Of a stretch of 64,000 nt of DNA, positions 24,481-36,550 are shown in pieces (position 1 is the stretch's first letter; each line of letters begins with the position of its first letter). The position numbers and the translations under genes are program-made. This stretch comes from Vicugna vicugna (Eukaryota). A model generated the notes under the pieces. It was not told where the DNA came from, searched no databases, and saw only the letters and a program-made list of their open reading frames with translations. The stretch spans positions 1,116,001 through 1,180,000 of the forward strand of contig MU058636.1 in the NCBI GenBank assembly GCA_013265495.1. Direction: 5' to 3'.

Positions 24481-25719
24481 GGCCACCAAGATTCTCGTGA
24501 GGATGCCTGCTCTGCGGGGCCAGTGGCACAGCTTCCCATGCACCGATCCCGGGACGTGCCACCAGGCCACGGCTTACTGGATCAGCTCCCCTCTCCAGGA
24601 AAATTTCAAGTCAAGACTTACAGAGCGTCAGTTAACCAGTAGCGCCAACTGATAATAACAAAGGATGAGATACAAGCTCAGAGTTTCTAGCAGAGTGGCT
24701 TGCACAAAATAGACTTAGTAACACTTCTAAAATTTATTGAAAAGCATCAGTGAGCTCGCGCTCCCCTGGGCAGGGAGGAGCCACTATATTAAATAAATAT
24801 ACGTGGAGCATCAGTGCTGAAAGGAACTGGAGAAGACAAGGACCCTGGCTTCATGGAGCTTTTAGTCTAAGTGGAGAAGGTGGTGTGATTCAGTCAGGCA
24901 AGACGCCCCCACCCCGAGAAGACACGACTGCTGGTCACAGAGGCCCGCACCCCCGAGAGCCATCTGGAGGGGGAACAAGGTGGTGGCATGTCCCTGCTGC
25001 ATGGCCAACCACATCTCTTTTCCTCCTCCGCCCCATCCCTGGGGCTGGACCTCTTCCGCCTCCCCGCCTCCATCCTGTAAGCAGCCTCTGTGGTTTTAGG
25101 TGGGATAAAATGTGGAATTCTCATTAGGCTTCCTAATAAGCAGCACTCAAATGCACAGAAATTCAGAGAAGGGAGACAGCCTTCACCAAAGCTTATGTTT
25201 AAAAACAAAATAATCATCCGGATGAATGTGTCCTTTCCTCGGAGCAATAAACTTGTGCTGCAGTGAATGAAAAATGGCTGCCTGAGGAATCTGGGGCGTG
25301 AATGTGGTTTCCTGAGATTTCAGTTGGTGCTGTAAAAAAAAAAAAAAGGCTGTGAGATGAGATTTAGAAAAAAAAAATGGAAGCCAGAGTCGCAGATGGG
25401 TGGCATTCTTGCTGATCACTGATTCCTATAGAAATAGAGCGTTTAAAATTAGCTTGGCATAAAAATAATCTGGGATGTGGGGTTGATTTACTATCTATAT
25501 CCCCCACTGCTGATTCAATTTCTGTTTTGAGAAATCTATCATGTTTCCTGGTTCCTCAAAGACTCAATCTTGGCTCTCAGCCTCAGTAACTATGACTACG
25601 GCCACTTCCTGCGGGACACACGTTGTCCGCTGGCAGGTGCCACCTTCAATGTTCTCGCAGCCTGGCCTCTGACCTCGGAGATTTCCTGCTGTCCATGCCT
25701 ATCTGGGCAAAATGCTTGG

Positions 25720-25838
25720 CTGCTTTCACATGAGGATACAGCAAGAAGGCGCTGGTCATGAACCAGGAAGAGGGCTCTCACTAGAATACAGGCAGGCTGA
25801 CACCTTCATCGTGGACTTCCAGCCTCCAGAACTCTGTA
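25720..25838 (+). mobile_element. MaLR (MLT1A/MST-like) LTR fragment
   Basis: catgaggatacagcaagaaggcg...gaaccaggaagagggctctcac...gacaccttcatcgtggacttccagcctccagaact. Confidence 0.65.
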
Positions 25839-27370
25839 CTGGCTTACAGGGGCCCCAGCCAAACTCCACTCCTCTGTTTGAGAATGTGATGTCTAGTTAA
25901 ATGCAACAATCCTCGGGAAAGGCCGTATTTGGAGTAAGAGACCCCATCCATCAGTGTAAACGAAGGACCAAAGGCCTGCCCCAGAACTGCTAGGGATCTA
26001 ATGGAGCACAGCTTGAAAATTACTAGAAAAGTCTGTCTCTCAGATTCAGCTGCAAAAATCCAAGATCTTCTCCGGCAGTGTTGCTGGAGCAGATCCTGGA
26101 GGTAATGGCCCCAGTGCCCACCGAGGGATCAACCCAGTATCTACCCAGTGCCACACCCTGGCATCCACGCCCATCTTGTCCATGTGACCTCAGCCCCTCA
26201 GAGTCTTCCTTCCTACAAAGCCTTTCTGAGTTGGATCTGAGGCCATTTCACCATAGCTAGAAAGAGACACCAGAACTGGCTCAGAAGAGGGACAAGGATT
26301 TGAGAGATCAGCAGGGTGGTGTGCCATTCAGGTGTCAGCACTGTTGCTGAGGACAGCGCCCCTCACCTTCTCCAGCACACCCACGCCCACATCCGCACCC
26401 ACACGCACACGCAGCTGGAACCTCCCACCCCGCCATCCTGGCTGGCACCCAGCCTGCCATTGAGCTGTGAGCACATGACAGATCCGGGTTATTTTTAAAC
26501 ACCCTTGCTGGGAGGCAGCAGTGACCTTAAAGTAGGTTGTCTCTTTTTCTGGCATTTCAGTTTTATTATAAAAGCACTTATTTGTAGAAAGACAGAATAC
26601 TAAGCTGCAAAAGCACATGAGCTATGCAAATGGCAGATGTTGCATGTTTCCATATTGGCCAAGGGGACAGGGGACCTGCTGTGACACCCCCTGGGGTGAA
26701 GGAGGACCACCAGCCGCCCCATCTTGAGAATGACCATCCTCAGGGAACATGTTCCTTCTCAGATCTGGGGACCCCAGTGGGGCTGAGAGGTTCCTAAAGA
26801 CAGGAAGGTACCCCCAAGCCCTTCCAGGCAGAGGGAGCGGGTTTTGCTGGTGGGGTGGTACCATCCACTCTCCCTGCAGTGCCCTAACTGCCAATAGTTG
26901 CTCAGGAAAGCTGGTGGCATTTCTCACCTTCCCCTGGCTGAAGTAGATACGCCTTCCTCTGTCCCATCAAAAGATAGAAGAGACAAAAAGGCCTCAGCTT
27001 GCACTCAGGGAACCAAGAAACAGGATGGATGCCTGAAAGTCTGCGAGGGTCCTCGGGAGTCAGGTCTCTGAGTAACAATGATAATCATAACATAGTGGCA
27101 TATTAATAAACGATACCAGCCTATTATTACCATATTAATTAAATAGTATGTGGATTATAATATGTAAAATGAAATAATGATATAATAGAATATTTAACAC
27201 TACTAGTAATTATTATCATTTCAATGAGGAGTTCTGCAAAAATGTATGTCAACGTGCCTTATGTATGTCAACACTCTGCTGGATTCTAGGGATCTAAAAC
27301 CCTCAGGGGCTCACGGGTTAGAGGGAGAGAAAGACGGACAAGCTGACGATTTCACTAAAATGTATCAGTG

Positions 27371-27417
27371 GAGTCACAGAGGTGAGGACAGAGCGAGTCA
27401 CAGAGGTGAGGACAGAG
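27371..27417. repeat. 24-bp-period tandem duplication inside a probable L2 remnant
   Basis: gagtcacagaggtgaggacagag occurs at 27371-27393 and 27395-27417. Confidence 0.9.
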
Positions 27418-28255
27418 GACTCCTGGACCAAGGACGGAGGCACAGAGAATTCATAGAGGTTCCATGGGCAGTGCGGGTTACTGAAAGGGTTAGAGGTTAT
27501 GTAAGCAAAGGGCCTAGAACATGGAGGGTCCTCTGAAAAGCAGCCCCTGTGGATGTTTTGTTCTGCGCCTGGACTTTCCTGTGGAAGCCCCCTGAGACGA
27601 GGAGCCCCAGCGCCATGTGCCCCCCAGCTAGGCATACTACAGCCTCCTGACCTCCTCACTCCATTCTCTCCCCACCAGCCCAGGTGCCCCCAACAGTGTG
27701 CCTGTCACCCCGTGTCCCCAGTGCCAGGCAATGTCACACAGCAGGTCATCAATACATGTCTGGAATAAACGAGTGGATGATGAAACTAAACGCACTGGAG
27801 GAGGCTGGGCTACTCTTCAACTCAGTTTCCTAAGGAAGCTGGAGACCCTCCTGATGGAGCAGAGCAAACACTCGGATCACCGTCCCCCCCGGGTTTCAGA
27901 CCTAGGGCCAAGTGGGAATTTCTTTGCATTCAGGGGCAAATTAAGGAGCACAGGGAGTTGAGTGACTTGTTAAGATGATGGTCACAGCTGTCCTCTGATG
28001 TGGGGAAAGCTCACTGGTCTCCTTCTGTGACAGGGACCCTTCAGCTGAGAGACCACAAAGTGCACCTCGAGACAGACCTGACTCGAGTCCCCGGCACCCG
28101 CCGCCGAGCTGCCTACAAGCTTTTGTGTGCCTTGATTTTTTTTTCCAATTTCACAGAGGAGGGAGCGACTCTATTGAGGTGACGTTTATGAAACTTTATG
28201 AAATCACAGCCTCATTCCAATTCTTCAGAAGCTGCATTAGAATAAAACTCCACAT

Positions 28256-28407
28256 GGACAGGAGGGTACAGCTCAGTGGTAAAGCAAATGCTTAGCATGC
28301 ATGAGGTCCTGGGTTCAATCCCCAGTTCCTCCACTAAAAATCAATCAGTCAATCAATCTAATTACCTCCCCCCAAAAAATTAAAAATTGAATCTTTATTT
28401 TAAAAAA
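28256..28407 (+). mobile_element. tRNA-Ala(AGC)-derived SINE, long form (camelid Vic-1-type)
   Basis: ggagggtacagctcagtggt (A box)...cttagcatgcatgaggtcctgggttcaatcccc (B box), then an aattacctcccc body and an A-rich tail. Perfect 17-bp TSD agaataaaactccacat at 28239-28255 and 28408-28424. Confidence 0.93.
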
Positions 28408-29299
28408 AGAATAAAACTCCACATAATGGCAACCATGAAAACTCTGGGTGCTCGACAAGTGAAGGAGTTTGCTAGAATGACCTGCTCCTACTACCATCCT
28501 CTCCTCAGCAAGAAGCCGTCCTACTTCTATCCTACGATCAGATTTTTTTCTCACCCAGATGTCCAGGACACACTTTCTTGAGCCACAGACATAAGGAGGT
28601 AATAAAAGCCGAAATGCAAACCCAACATTTACGAAGAAAAAAAGCTGTATCTCCCCTTTATTCTGCTGGAATTTTAATTGAGCCAGGAATCTGGGCACAG
28701 ACTGCCACTCTCCAATACGTGCACTGAAGAGTTCTGGAAAGGATTCTTTTCTTCCCCTACAGAGATTTATTAAATAAATGATGATTCCAGCAAATTAATT
28801 CACTTGACTCTTATTATTTGAAGACTTCCTGAGCATCTAACAAAGCCAGACCATGAGTATAGGTATCTCTGAAGAAATGTATGCTTTTCCTTCTCCACAA
28901 AGGAAAAAGAGCCAGTTAGCATTTTTATGATGCATATCTCTATGTATGACTGCCTGTTTCCCTTAAAGAGGTAGAATTGGAATGATTCGCTACAGATACG
29001 AGTTAAACTTGCAAGGACCGCAATGAGCATGTTTTTGCACCCGAGAGGCCCCCGGCAAACTGAGAAGGGCCTCTTAACACTCATTACTTCTTGTCAGTTG
29101 GACCCTCATGATAAGGCAAAGAAGGATTTAAGTATCATTTCTTGCCATTCTTCACTTGATTGTCTTGGATTTTCTAGCATATAAACTGTCCACATATATT
29201 TTTCCTCTGCTTTGCTAATGTTTCCTGATATGCTGCTTTGAGCAGCTGACCTTAAACAATGGAGGTGCTTTGAGGGAAACTCAAGAGACAGTGCCTACA

Positions 29300-29460
29300 A
29301 TCCTGAGACCTGGGCCTGGGTTCAAGCCCCAGCTCTGGGCCTTCCGAGTCACGAACCACTGGGGGCCCCTCTCTCCTCCATGGGAAGTAGGGTTGTGATG
29401 CTTTCCTGGAAGGTTTGTCCGGGGCAGAGATACACGATCCGGCGGGCAGCAGTGGTAAGT
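29300..29460 (+). mobile_element. MIR fragment, GC-shifted
   Basis: cctgggttcaagccccagctctg...agggttgtgatg. Confidence 0.4.
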
Positions 29461-29635
29461 GCACGACAATGGTCCCTGTTACCTAGCGGTGATTGTGTCA
29501 CACAGCTCTGTGCCTTTGCCCTTTTAACAACCTCTGGGATTTCACACGAACATGACGCTGGCTGTTGGGGCTTCCGTGTGGGCCTAATCGCTCCTCCTCC
29601 TGGCCTCCAGATTTCAAGCTAATTGAGAAGTAGAC

Positions 29636-29729
29636 AGCAGCAAATATACGTATGCGCATGTATGACTGAAACATGATGTACACCAGAAATTAACACATTA
29701 TAACTGACTATACTTCAATTAAAAAAAAA
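29636..29729 (+). mobile_element. Very short (about 95 bp) L1 3' end with poly-A
   Basis: tgtacaccagaaattaacacattataactgactatacttcaatt plus an A-tail, same family as 9062-9497. TSD aagtagac at 29628-29635 and 29730-29737. Confidence 0.85.
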
Positions 29730-32700
29730 AAGTAGACTCGGATCCTAGAGGAAACTAACACAATATTCACTGAGCTGCCATCACAGTCGTGCTGATGCAC
29801 TTTGCACCTGCTACTGAAGAGGGTTCTTCTTCTGTCTGGCTTCTCCTTCACTGTCCAGACCTTGAGACTTGCGTGTAGAGGAAGCGGGGTCAGCATCCCC
29901 TCACCCAGCCACGGGGAACTGCAGGGATCCCGCCTCTGATCCCAAGGAGCCAGGACGATTAAGACTTAGGGAGTCAAGCCATGGGGCCATGAATGAGCTG
30001 TTAGTACAACATATTACATCCAATCATTTGGAAACAGAGACCAAAGACTACCAGATTTTCACCATCCTCTCAAGGGGGGGAGGAAAGTGGGATGGAAACA
30101 AAGAAACAAGAGATGTATGCCCGAATTCTTCCCCACCGAGGCAAGGAGCGCTGGGGCACACCCACGTCACGGACCAGGGCAGGAAGAGGAAGGGAAAGGA
30201 GAAGGCCTCTCCCTTCACTGGCTATTGGCTTAAGAGCTCCTTTTCTATTTAAGAGGCGGTCCTAAGGGCAACGAAGACATAAAGCTCAACGCAACACGTC
30301 TGTGTGGAGTATTTACTGGAGGCAAGGCGCTGCAGTATTTACTGGACACGCACTGTATACAAGTGCGCGGCAAAGCTTCACCTGAACTTGGAACAGTTGA
30401 TGCCAAGGTAACCAATGCAAGGCTTCTCAGGGCCTTTGCTGTTCTAACGGGACCTGTGAGGTCCCAGCTTCACTAAAATATCAGGAACCCGCCACAGAGC
30501 ATTCTGCCACCTGGTTAGTCAACCGTTCACTGGGTGGTCAGGCGAACTCCAGGCTGGAGGTGGGAGCGGAGTGGTGAGAGGGCTGGCAGGAGGGCCCCAG
30601 GGCTCTTTGGCTGGAGGGTCTGAGAGCCTCACAATACCCGAGCCCAGCCCCTCCATCCCCTGGGTTTCCTCCGGCATATCCCCTGATGACCCAGCAGTGA
30701 CCCTGCCCTGAGGACACGCAGGTGGGACCACTGCTGAGTCTGCAGGTGGACTGTGTTCTGGAATCAGTCTGTACAGACAGCGTCCACTTGGATTTCTGAA
30801 AAAAGAAGGTGAGCGATTCAGGTCCAGATCAAGAGGTCTGGCGTTTTACTCCAATTCTAATGTTTGTTGATTAAGATCCCTTGGACCAGAAAACAGCACC
30901 GGCAGCTCGGCTTGCTGAGTGCGTGTGAACTGCAGCTTAAACAGCGCTCATGCGAGAACACAAGGCAGTTTTCCTCAGTCTACGAGCTTCTTAATCCAGC
31001 GCCTGGGGCTGGAGCCAGGCCACGCAGGATCGTCAGGGGGGCTTTTCAAGGCCAGGTTTCTGGGCTTGCTCGGCAGAGCCTGGTGTGGTGCGTCTGGCGG
31101 GCCCGGGGACCTGGAGGTCTGGCGCGCTCCCCTGTGAGCCCTGCCTGCAGCCAGGCTGAAGGAGTCCTTCCCTCAGTCTCCCCTGGAGAAGCGTGTCAGC
31201 ACAAAGCCCTCTCACATGAGCACAGGCCCCTTCTAGCTCTTGACCCACCTCCCTGTGCCGATGACTGCACGTCTGACACCCTGGGGGGGTCTGAGCCTGC
31301 GTCCCCTGTGGGTTGGAACCACTTAGCCAGCACCATGGCCTAGTCTTTGCTCCCGTCTCCACAGACTTAATGGGCTGCTGGCTGCCCCACAGGCCACTGG
31401 TAACAGCCCACCGACTCTGATGCCCAGCTGGCCGGAGGCTCCCCGTGCTGTCCCACCCACAGCCCCCCTGAGAAAAGGGACCCAAGGGCACCCTGCTCCA
31501 CTGAGCCCGCTGCCCCAGCATCACCTGGTCGGCAGGTACGCCCCAGGGGCCTGGGGTTAAAATGACAGTGTATTCTTAGTGATCCTTCATTTTAATCTTA
31601 AAAACAAATACTAATTTTGCATTTGTCTACACAATCAGCCTTTGGTAATCTTAACAAAAACCCACCATCCTGCCCAGCCCAATCCTGAAGCACATAAAGC
31701 TTTGAGAGTGGCATTCCTCTTGTAGTCTGGGTTGTCTGCACAGAGCGTCAGGCTCCTGCGGTGTGCAGACCCCTGTGTGACAGGCATAAATTCCAGAGAA
31801 AGGTTTGTTTTCCCAGGAGAGGCTCTGGGCTCTGGAAGCACTGACCACGGGCTCCTCCCAGAACTGAGATGCAGTCCAGCCTCCAGGATGGGACCAAACC
31901 CCGGGGTGGGGGCCTGGCAACAGGCTACGCAGCTAAGGGGATCAGAGAAGGACCGGAAGGAGGGCGCCCAGGGGCCCCCGAGGCCCATCTGAGACTCGCG
32001 CTGAACAAGGTGACTTGAGCGCAGAAGTAGAGGAAGATGTTTGGCACGATCCTTTGTGTGGCCAACAGGTGGCTGGTTTTCCTTCTGGTCACTGATGGCC
32101 CAAGTACACTTTTCCCAGCGTGACAGGGCACACCTGAGGCCTCCCACCAGTAAGCGACCAGTCCCAGGGTGTGAGAAGTTTCAGGTTGAAGCACATTTTT
32201 TTTTTTCCTGTTTGGAGTAGTTCTGTGCTTTTACAGCACAAGGATGTCATCTGGCTTTGAACTGAATCCAATCTTCAGCCAGTCTGCTTTATCCTTAAAG
32301 CAAGTTGTTCTCAATTCCCTCCAGACGGGTAATTTATTACAGTGTCTCAGATGGCCCTGTTTTTAATTGCCAGCTGATTCCCTCTTAAACATCTTGTGCT
32401 TTATGGCTCAGTTATGTGTCAGTGCTGGATCACGGCTTCCAGAGAAAGGCCGGCCAGAGCTGAGGTCAGCTCCTCTGATGATGACAGCCCCACCCACGGC
32501 AGTGAAAGCCCATGAAATAAGCCTGCCCCCACTGCCCTGCTGTCATTTATCTTTACTGCTCAAAGAAGATTCATGGAGAAGGGGTCCTGAGCTCCCGTGT
32601 CACCAGGTGTTTGCAGCAAAGCCTGCGTTCATCTTGCAATTGCGCACATGGAGGAGATCATTCATGTCCACCTTCTCAGATGGAGGGGCAAGGTGAGATG

Positions 32701-32908
32701 ATGGGTGAAGAATCATCTCCAAGCTGTTAGAGATGTAGCTGCTATCTTCCACTCTTGGCAGGCTGCCCTCAACTCTGGCCTCCATAATTCATTCGCTCAT
32801 TCATCCTGATACAAGATCGCAAAATAGATTCAGTCCTTTTGCTTGACTACGGTATGTTTTCACCCAGAGGAACCAGGCTACTTCTCTGTGCCTTGGAGAA
32901 CTGTTAAC

Positions 32909-33072
32909 GGGAGGAGGGTATAGCTGAGAGGTAGAGCACGTGCTCAGCACGCACAAGGTCCTGGGTTCAGTCCCCTTAAAAATGAATACTAGTTTCTCAT
33001 TCACTGACACAATCAACCTCCGTTTAAAATAAATAAGTAAAAACCTAACTACTTCCCCCCAAAACAAAAAAG
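32909..33072 (+). mobile_element. tRNA-Ala-derived SINE (long form) with an internal ~40-bp insertion
   Basis: ggagggtatagctgagaggtagagcacgtgctcagcacgcacaaggtcctgggttcagtcccc, then the insert, then acctcc...aacctaactacttcccccc. Compare the copy at 28256. Confidence 0.88.
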
Positions 33073-33419
33073 AAATTATTGTAAAACACTGAGTTTTAAT
33101 GTAGTTATGAAACAAGGAAATCATGGAACAATCCCATCAATTTTTTTTTCATTTCTAAGAAATACAGAAAATTCAAACCTCACCATTTCTCAGAACTCAA
33201 AGAGGAAATAAAGAAGTTTTCTTTAAAGGCTTAACAGGCAAAGCAGTCTGTGGGGCAGAGCAGCAGGGACAGTTCTTCTGCGACCCAGGACCAAACGCAG
33301 CCAGCCACACGAGGTTAGAGCCTGGATCTTCGCTACAGGAGGCTCTGTCCTTGGTGCTTATCCAGCCCAGATGAATCGGAGCTGGTCCATGAGAAACGTA
33401 GGGGGTTGCAGGAGACCCG

Positions 33420-33610
33420 GGTGGGGACAGTCTGGAGCCTGGGCGCTGGTCCCCACTGGGCCTTTCTTCTGTGTGAACTTGGACAAATCACTGACTGTCT
33501 CTGCAGGCCTCAACGCTCCCCTTGGCAGTGGGCAGAACATTCCCCCGGGGTGGTAGTCAGGATTAAGCGAGGTGACAGGAGATAAAGACGGCAGGGACCT
33601 CCGTAAGCAC
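33420..33610 (+). mobile_element. MIR fragment, GC-shifted
   Basis: ctgtgtgaacttggacaaatcactgactgtctctg...ggattaagcgaggtga. Confidence 0.5.
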
Positions 33611-33884
33611 AGCATGCTGCGGCCTCCCATCCAGATGTCAGGGCTTCCTTTTGGGGTGCTGTTTTCTGAAGACTCGGGGTTTTCTATGACCCTCCAGCCC
33701 CCTTCTCTTTTACAAATGGTGATACCTTTACACGACAATTTGATTTGGTGATTGAGAACAATTGTTTGGTGATTAAGAACATTTCTTTTTTCCTGAAAGG
33801 AGTTAAGAGGGAAGGGGGAGAGGATTCAGGACCAACGGGAAGACCTCTGGCCCCAGGGAGTGGGAAGGTGGGATGGAGAGTCGC

Positions 33885-34060
33885 ATTTTCTAGGCTGGTG
33901 TCCTGGTTCTGCCATTTCTTGGTTGTGTGACTTGGGCAAGACATCTAGCTGTTTTGGGCTGTTTCCTCACCTGTACAATTGTGATTCTAATGGTACCTAC
34001 TTACTAAGCTTAGTGAGATTTAAACAGATGGTGCATATAAAGCACACAGTGCCTGGCTCA
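33885..34060 (+). mobile_element. MIR fragment
   Basis: tcctggttctgccattt...tgtgtgacttgggcaag...tgtttcctcacctgta...gcacacagtgcctggc. Confidence 0.7.
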
Positions 34061-35984
34061 CAGTCAGATTTCCAGAGATGTGCATGATTATTGCTATGTA
34101 CATATATGGCCTTAAGAAAGATGTGTTGAATAAGTGAATTCATTAAGTAGCAAATAAAAAACCAAAACAGATGAAATTCAAGAATAAATTCCTTCTGGAA
34201 GTCTTCCGTGAATCCCAGTAAGTGACGAATTTGCAGGACAGTCAACAAGCAAGATTGACCTGGCCTCTGATGGTGTCTTGGGCTGTATCTGCTGTCATGT
34301 ATCACTGCCCCCGCCCTGTTCCAGCCTCACCAGACACACAGGCACCCCGTGCTTTGTGATATTGGCCTACAGAGCCATCCTCCCTTCATTCAGTGACTGA
34401 ATCCTAATTCTTGAAGGCTCCATCCAGAAGCCATCTCATCTGCAAATATTTTCTGAATCATCCTGAGCCTCCCTGAATTGTTTTATAAAACAGGCTGGCA
34501 GGATTTTACTGATGTTGTTACTGATGTCTGTTTCACCGGCTTTCACACCTCCCTGTTGACTCCGTTTCTCAGCGGTCCTGTGGGCCAGCATCTTGGGGGT
34601 CCTGGGTACAACATGAGCAGCAGCCCTGCCCCCGCCCCTGCTCCAGCACCAGGAGAGGCACCTGCACCTCCTCCCAGGCTGTGGCTTCCTGCCTGGAGTG
34701 AAGCCAACTTCGCGTGGAGCAGACGGTGTCTGCTTTCTTGTGTGCAGAAGGACGGCATCGGGCTGGTTGTCTGAGACAATTCAAGCGTTCCACCCCCACT
34801 GTTCCTCGGGCTCAGTGACCCTCAAAAATTAGCAGTGGGCATTTGTCACAATTCCAGCCCATAATCTCTAGCTCTCAAAGATGCCACAACAGACAACAAA
34901 AATCCCTGCCTTCCTCCCCAATACACACAAAATGTGCACTTCATCCCCCAAGGAGATTCTCAGTTGCCCCCAGAACTGCCTGGCCTGGGGAACCCACAGC
35001 AATTTTCAGGTTTCTCAAGATCCTTTGGGACCTCTTGGTATGGCCTTGGTCTCCCAGGTCCAATGTCATCTTCAATATGATCATGGGGCTGAAACGAAAC
35101 CATTTGTCCTAGAGAGAGGCTGCAAAAGACAGCAGGTAGGTGACAGACATGAGTCCTGTGTCGTCTGTGGCCTGTATGTTTAGACGTGGCTGGTTACAGG
35201 AGTCACGCTTTGTCTGGGGGCAGAAAATGCATTCCATTCCCTGGCACCACCCCCGCCTCCGCTCCACAAACTGTTACAGGGGAACGTTCAGTCTTCAGTG
35301 TCCTTTTGTAGAGGCAAGCACGCGACTACAGTTAAGTTCTTTTTCACCTTGCAATTCTTCTTGGGATAAATGCCATTTTATTATGCTGTGATGGTGGTTA
35401 TGATTACCCGGGGCACTGAAAAGAAGAAACAATGATTGAGCTACAGACAGAAATTCAATCTCACCATTTTTAGAGGCTCCATTATTCTAAGACCAAGTGC
35501 TGTTCTGTCTTTCTGTTTGACATTCTATAGCCATTGCCTCAGACTAATTATAATTCATCCGACCACCTAATTCTAACAGTCTAATTTTATCATTCCGTAA
35601 TTAAGCTTCTCTGGCAGCGTGCTATTTAGCCATAAAGGAAAACATTTCTTTTCCCATTTTCAAAACTGGTTGAGCGAGACAAGGAAAGGCAGTTGTGCCC
35701 ACTTAGCTCTACACGTCTTTTGAGCAATGCTTTTTCTTATTGACCTGAAGAAATCATAGATGAGACCAAGAAAAACCTTTTCAGGAATAAATTGTTTGAA
35801 GCATTTTTTCCCTAGAAAGACAGCAGTAAATCAGTCAATATTGATCAAACGCTTTAATCACTGCTTTGCAGCTGAAGACCCACAAGGAGAATGAACAAAG
35901 TTTCCTTAGCTGTCTGTCCTACAACTGATGACACTGCATATCTGAGAGGCCAAGGCTGCTCATGGCTTATACAACATCCAATAT

Positions 35985-36550
35985 CCTGAGATTGGATTGT
36001 GGGTGGAAGGTACTGAACTAAAGAACTACATTTCCCAGGCTCCCTTGCAGAGAAGGATGGTTAAGTGACCAAAACTGACCAATGAGATGTAAGCAAACAT
36101 GGTCAGATGGGGCGTCTGCAAAAGATTCTCATAAGAGAGGTGGACTCAGCTCAAAGTATATTCTTGGCACTTCTTGCCTCTTTCTTCCTAGAAAAAGAAT
36201 GTGATTACTGGAGCTGAAGCAACCTCCAGTGACCATGAGGAAAAAGCCAAGAGAATTTTGAAGGTCGCAGCACTGATGTTCTTAAACTAGTAAACCAACC
36301 CCGGCACCTGCTGGCCTCTGGACTTTTCACCATGATGGAAAAATAGATCCCAGTGCAGTTTAAGCCACTCTGATTTGTGATCATGTGATTGACATGCATG
36401 TGTTCATTTGTTTATATGTCTCTCCTCACTAGGACATAATTCACAAGAGCGTCGACGTTGCTCATTGTGGTGTATTATGCCTGGAGTATCATAAGCACAT
36501 AATAATAATTTGCTGAACACTGCATGAATGCAGCTGAACTTAACTGAGAC
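35985..36550 (+). mobile_element. Old MaLR (MLT1J/K/L-like) solo LTR with an L2-like 3' fragment at about 36400-36530
   Basis: actacatttcccaggctcccttgca...gaccaatgagatgtaagc...ctggagctgaagcaacc...gtttaagccact; terminal cagctgaacttaactgagaca. Confidence 0.65.

Noticed and set aside
27075..27225. AT-rich tract as a regulatory element
   Set aside because: Low-complexity TAA/ATT decay next to an L2-like tail, with no specific structure.
27371..27417. CRISPR-like or minisatellite array
   Set aside because: Only two adjacent units, with no spacers and no cas genes. It is a simple tandem duplication.
32560..32700. Possible coding exon ending at caag/gtgaga
   Set aside because: The acceptor is weak and no frame gives a recognisable peptide.
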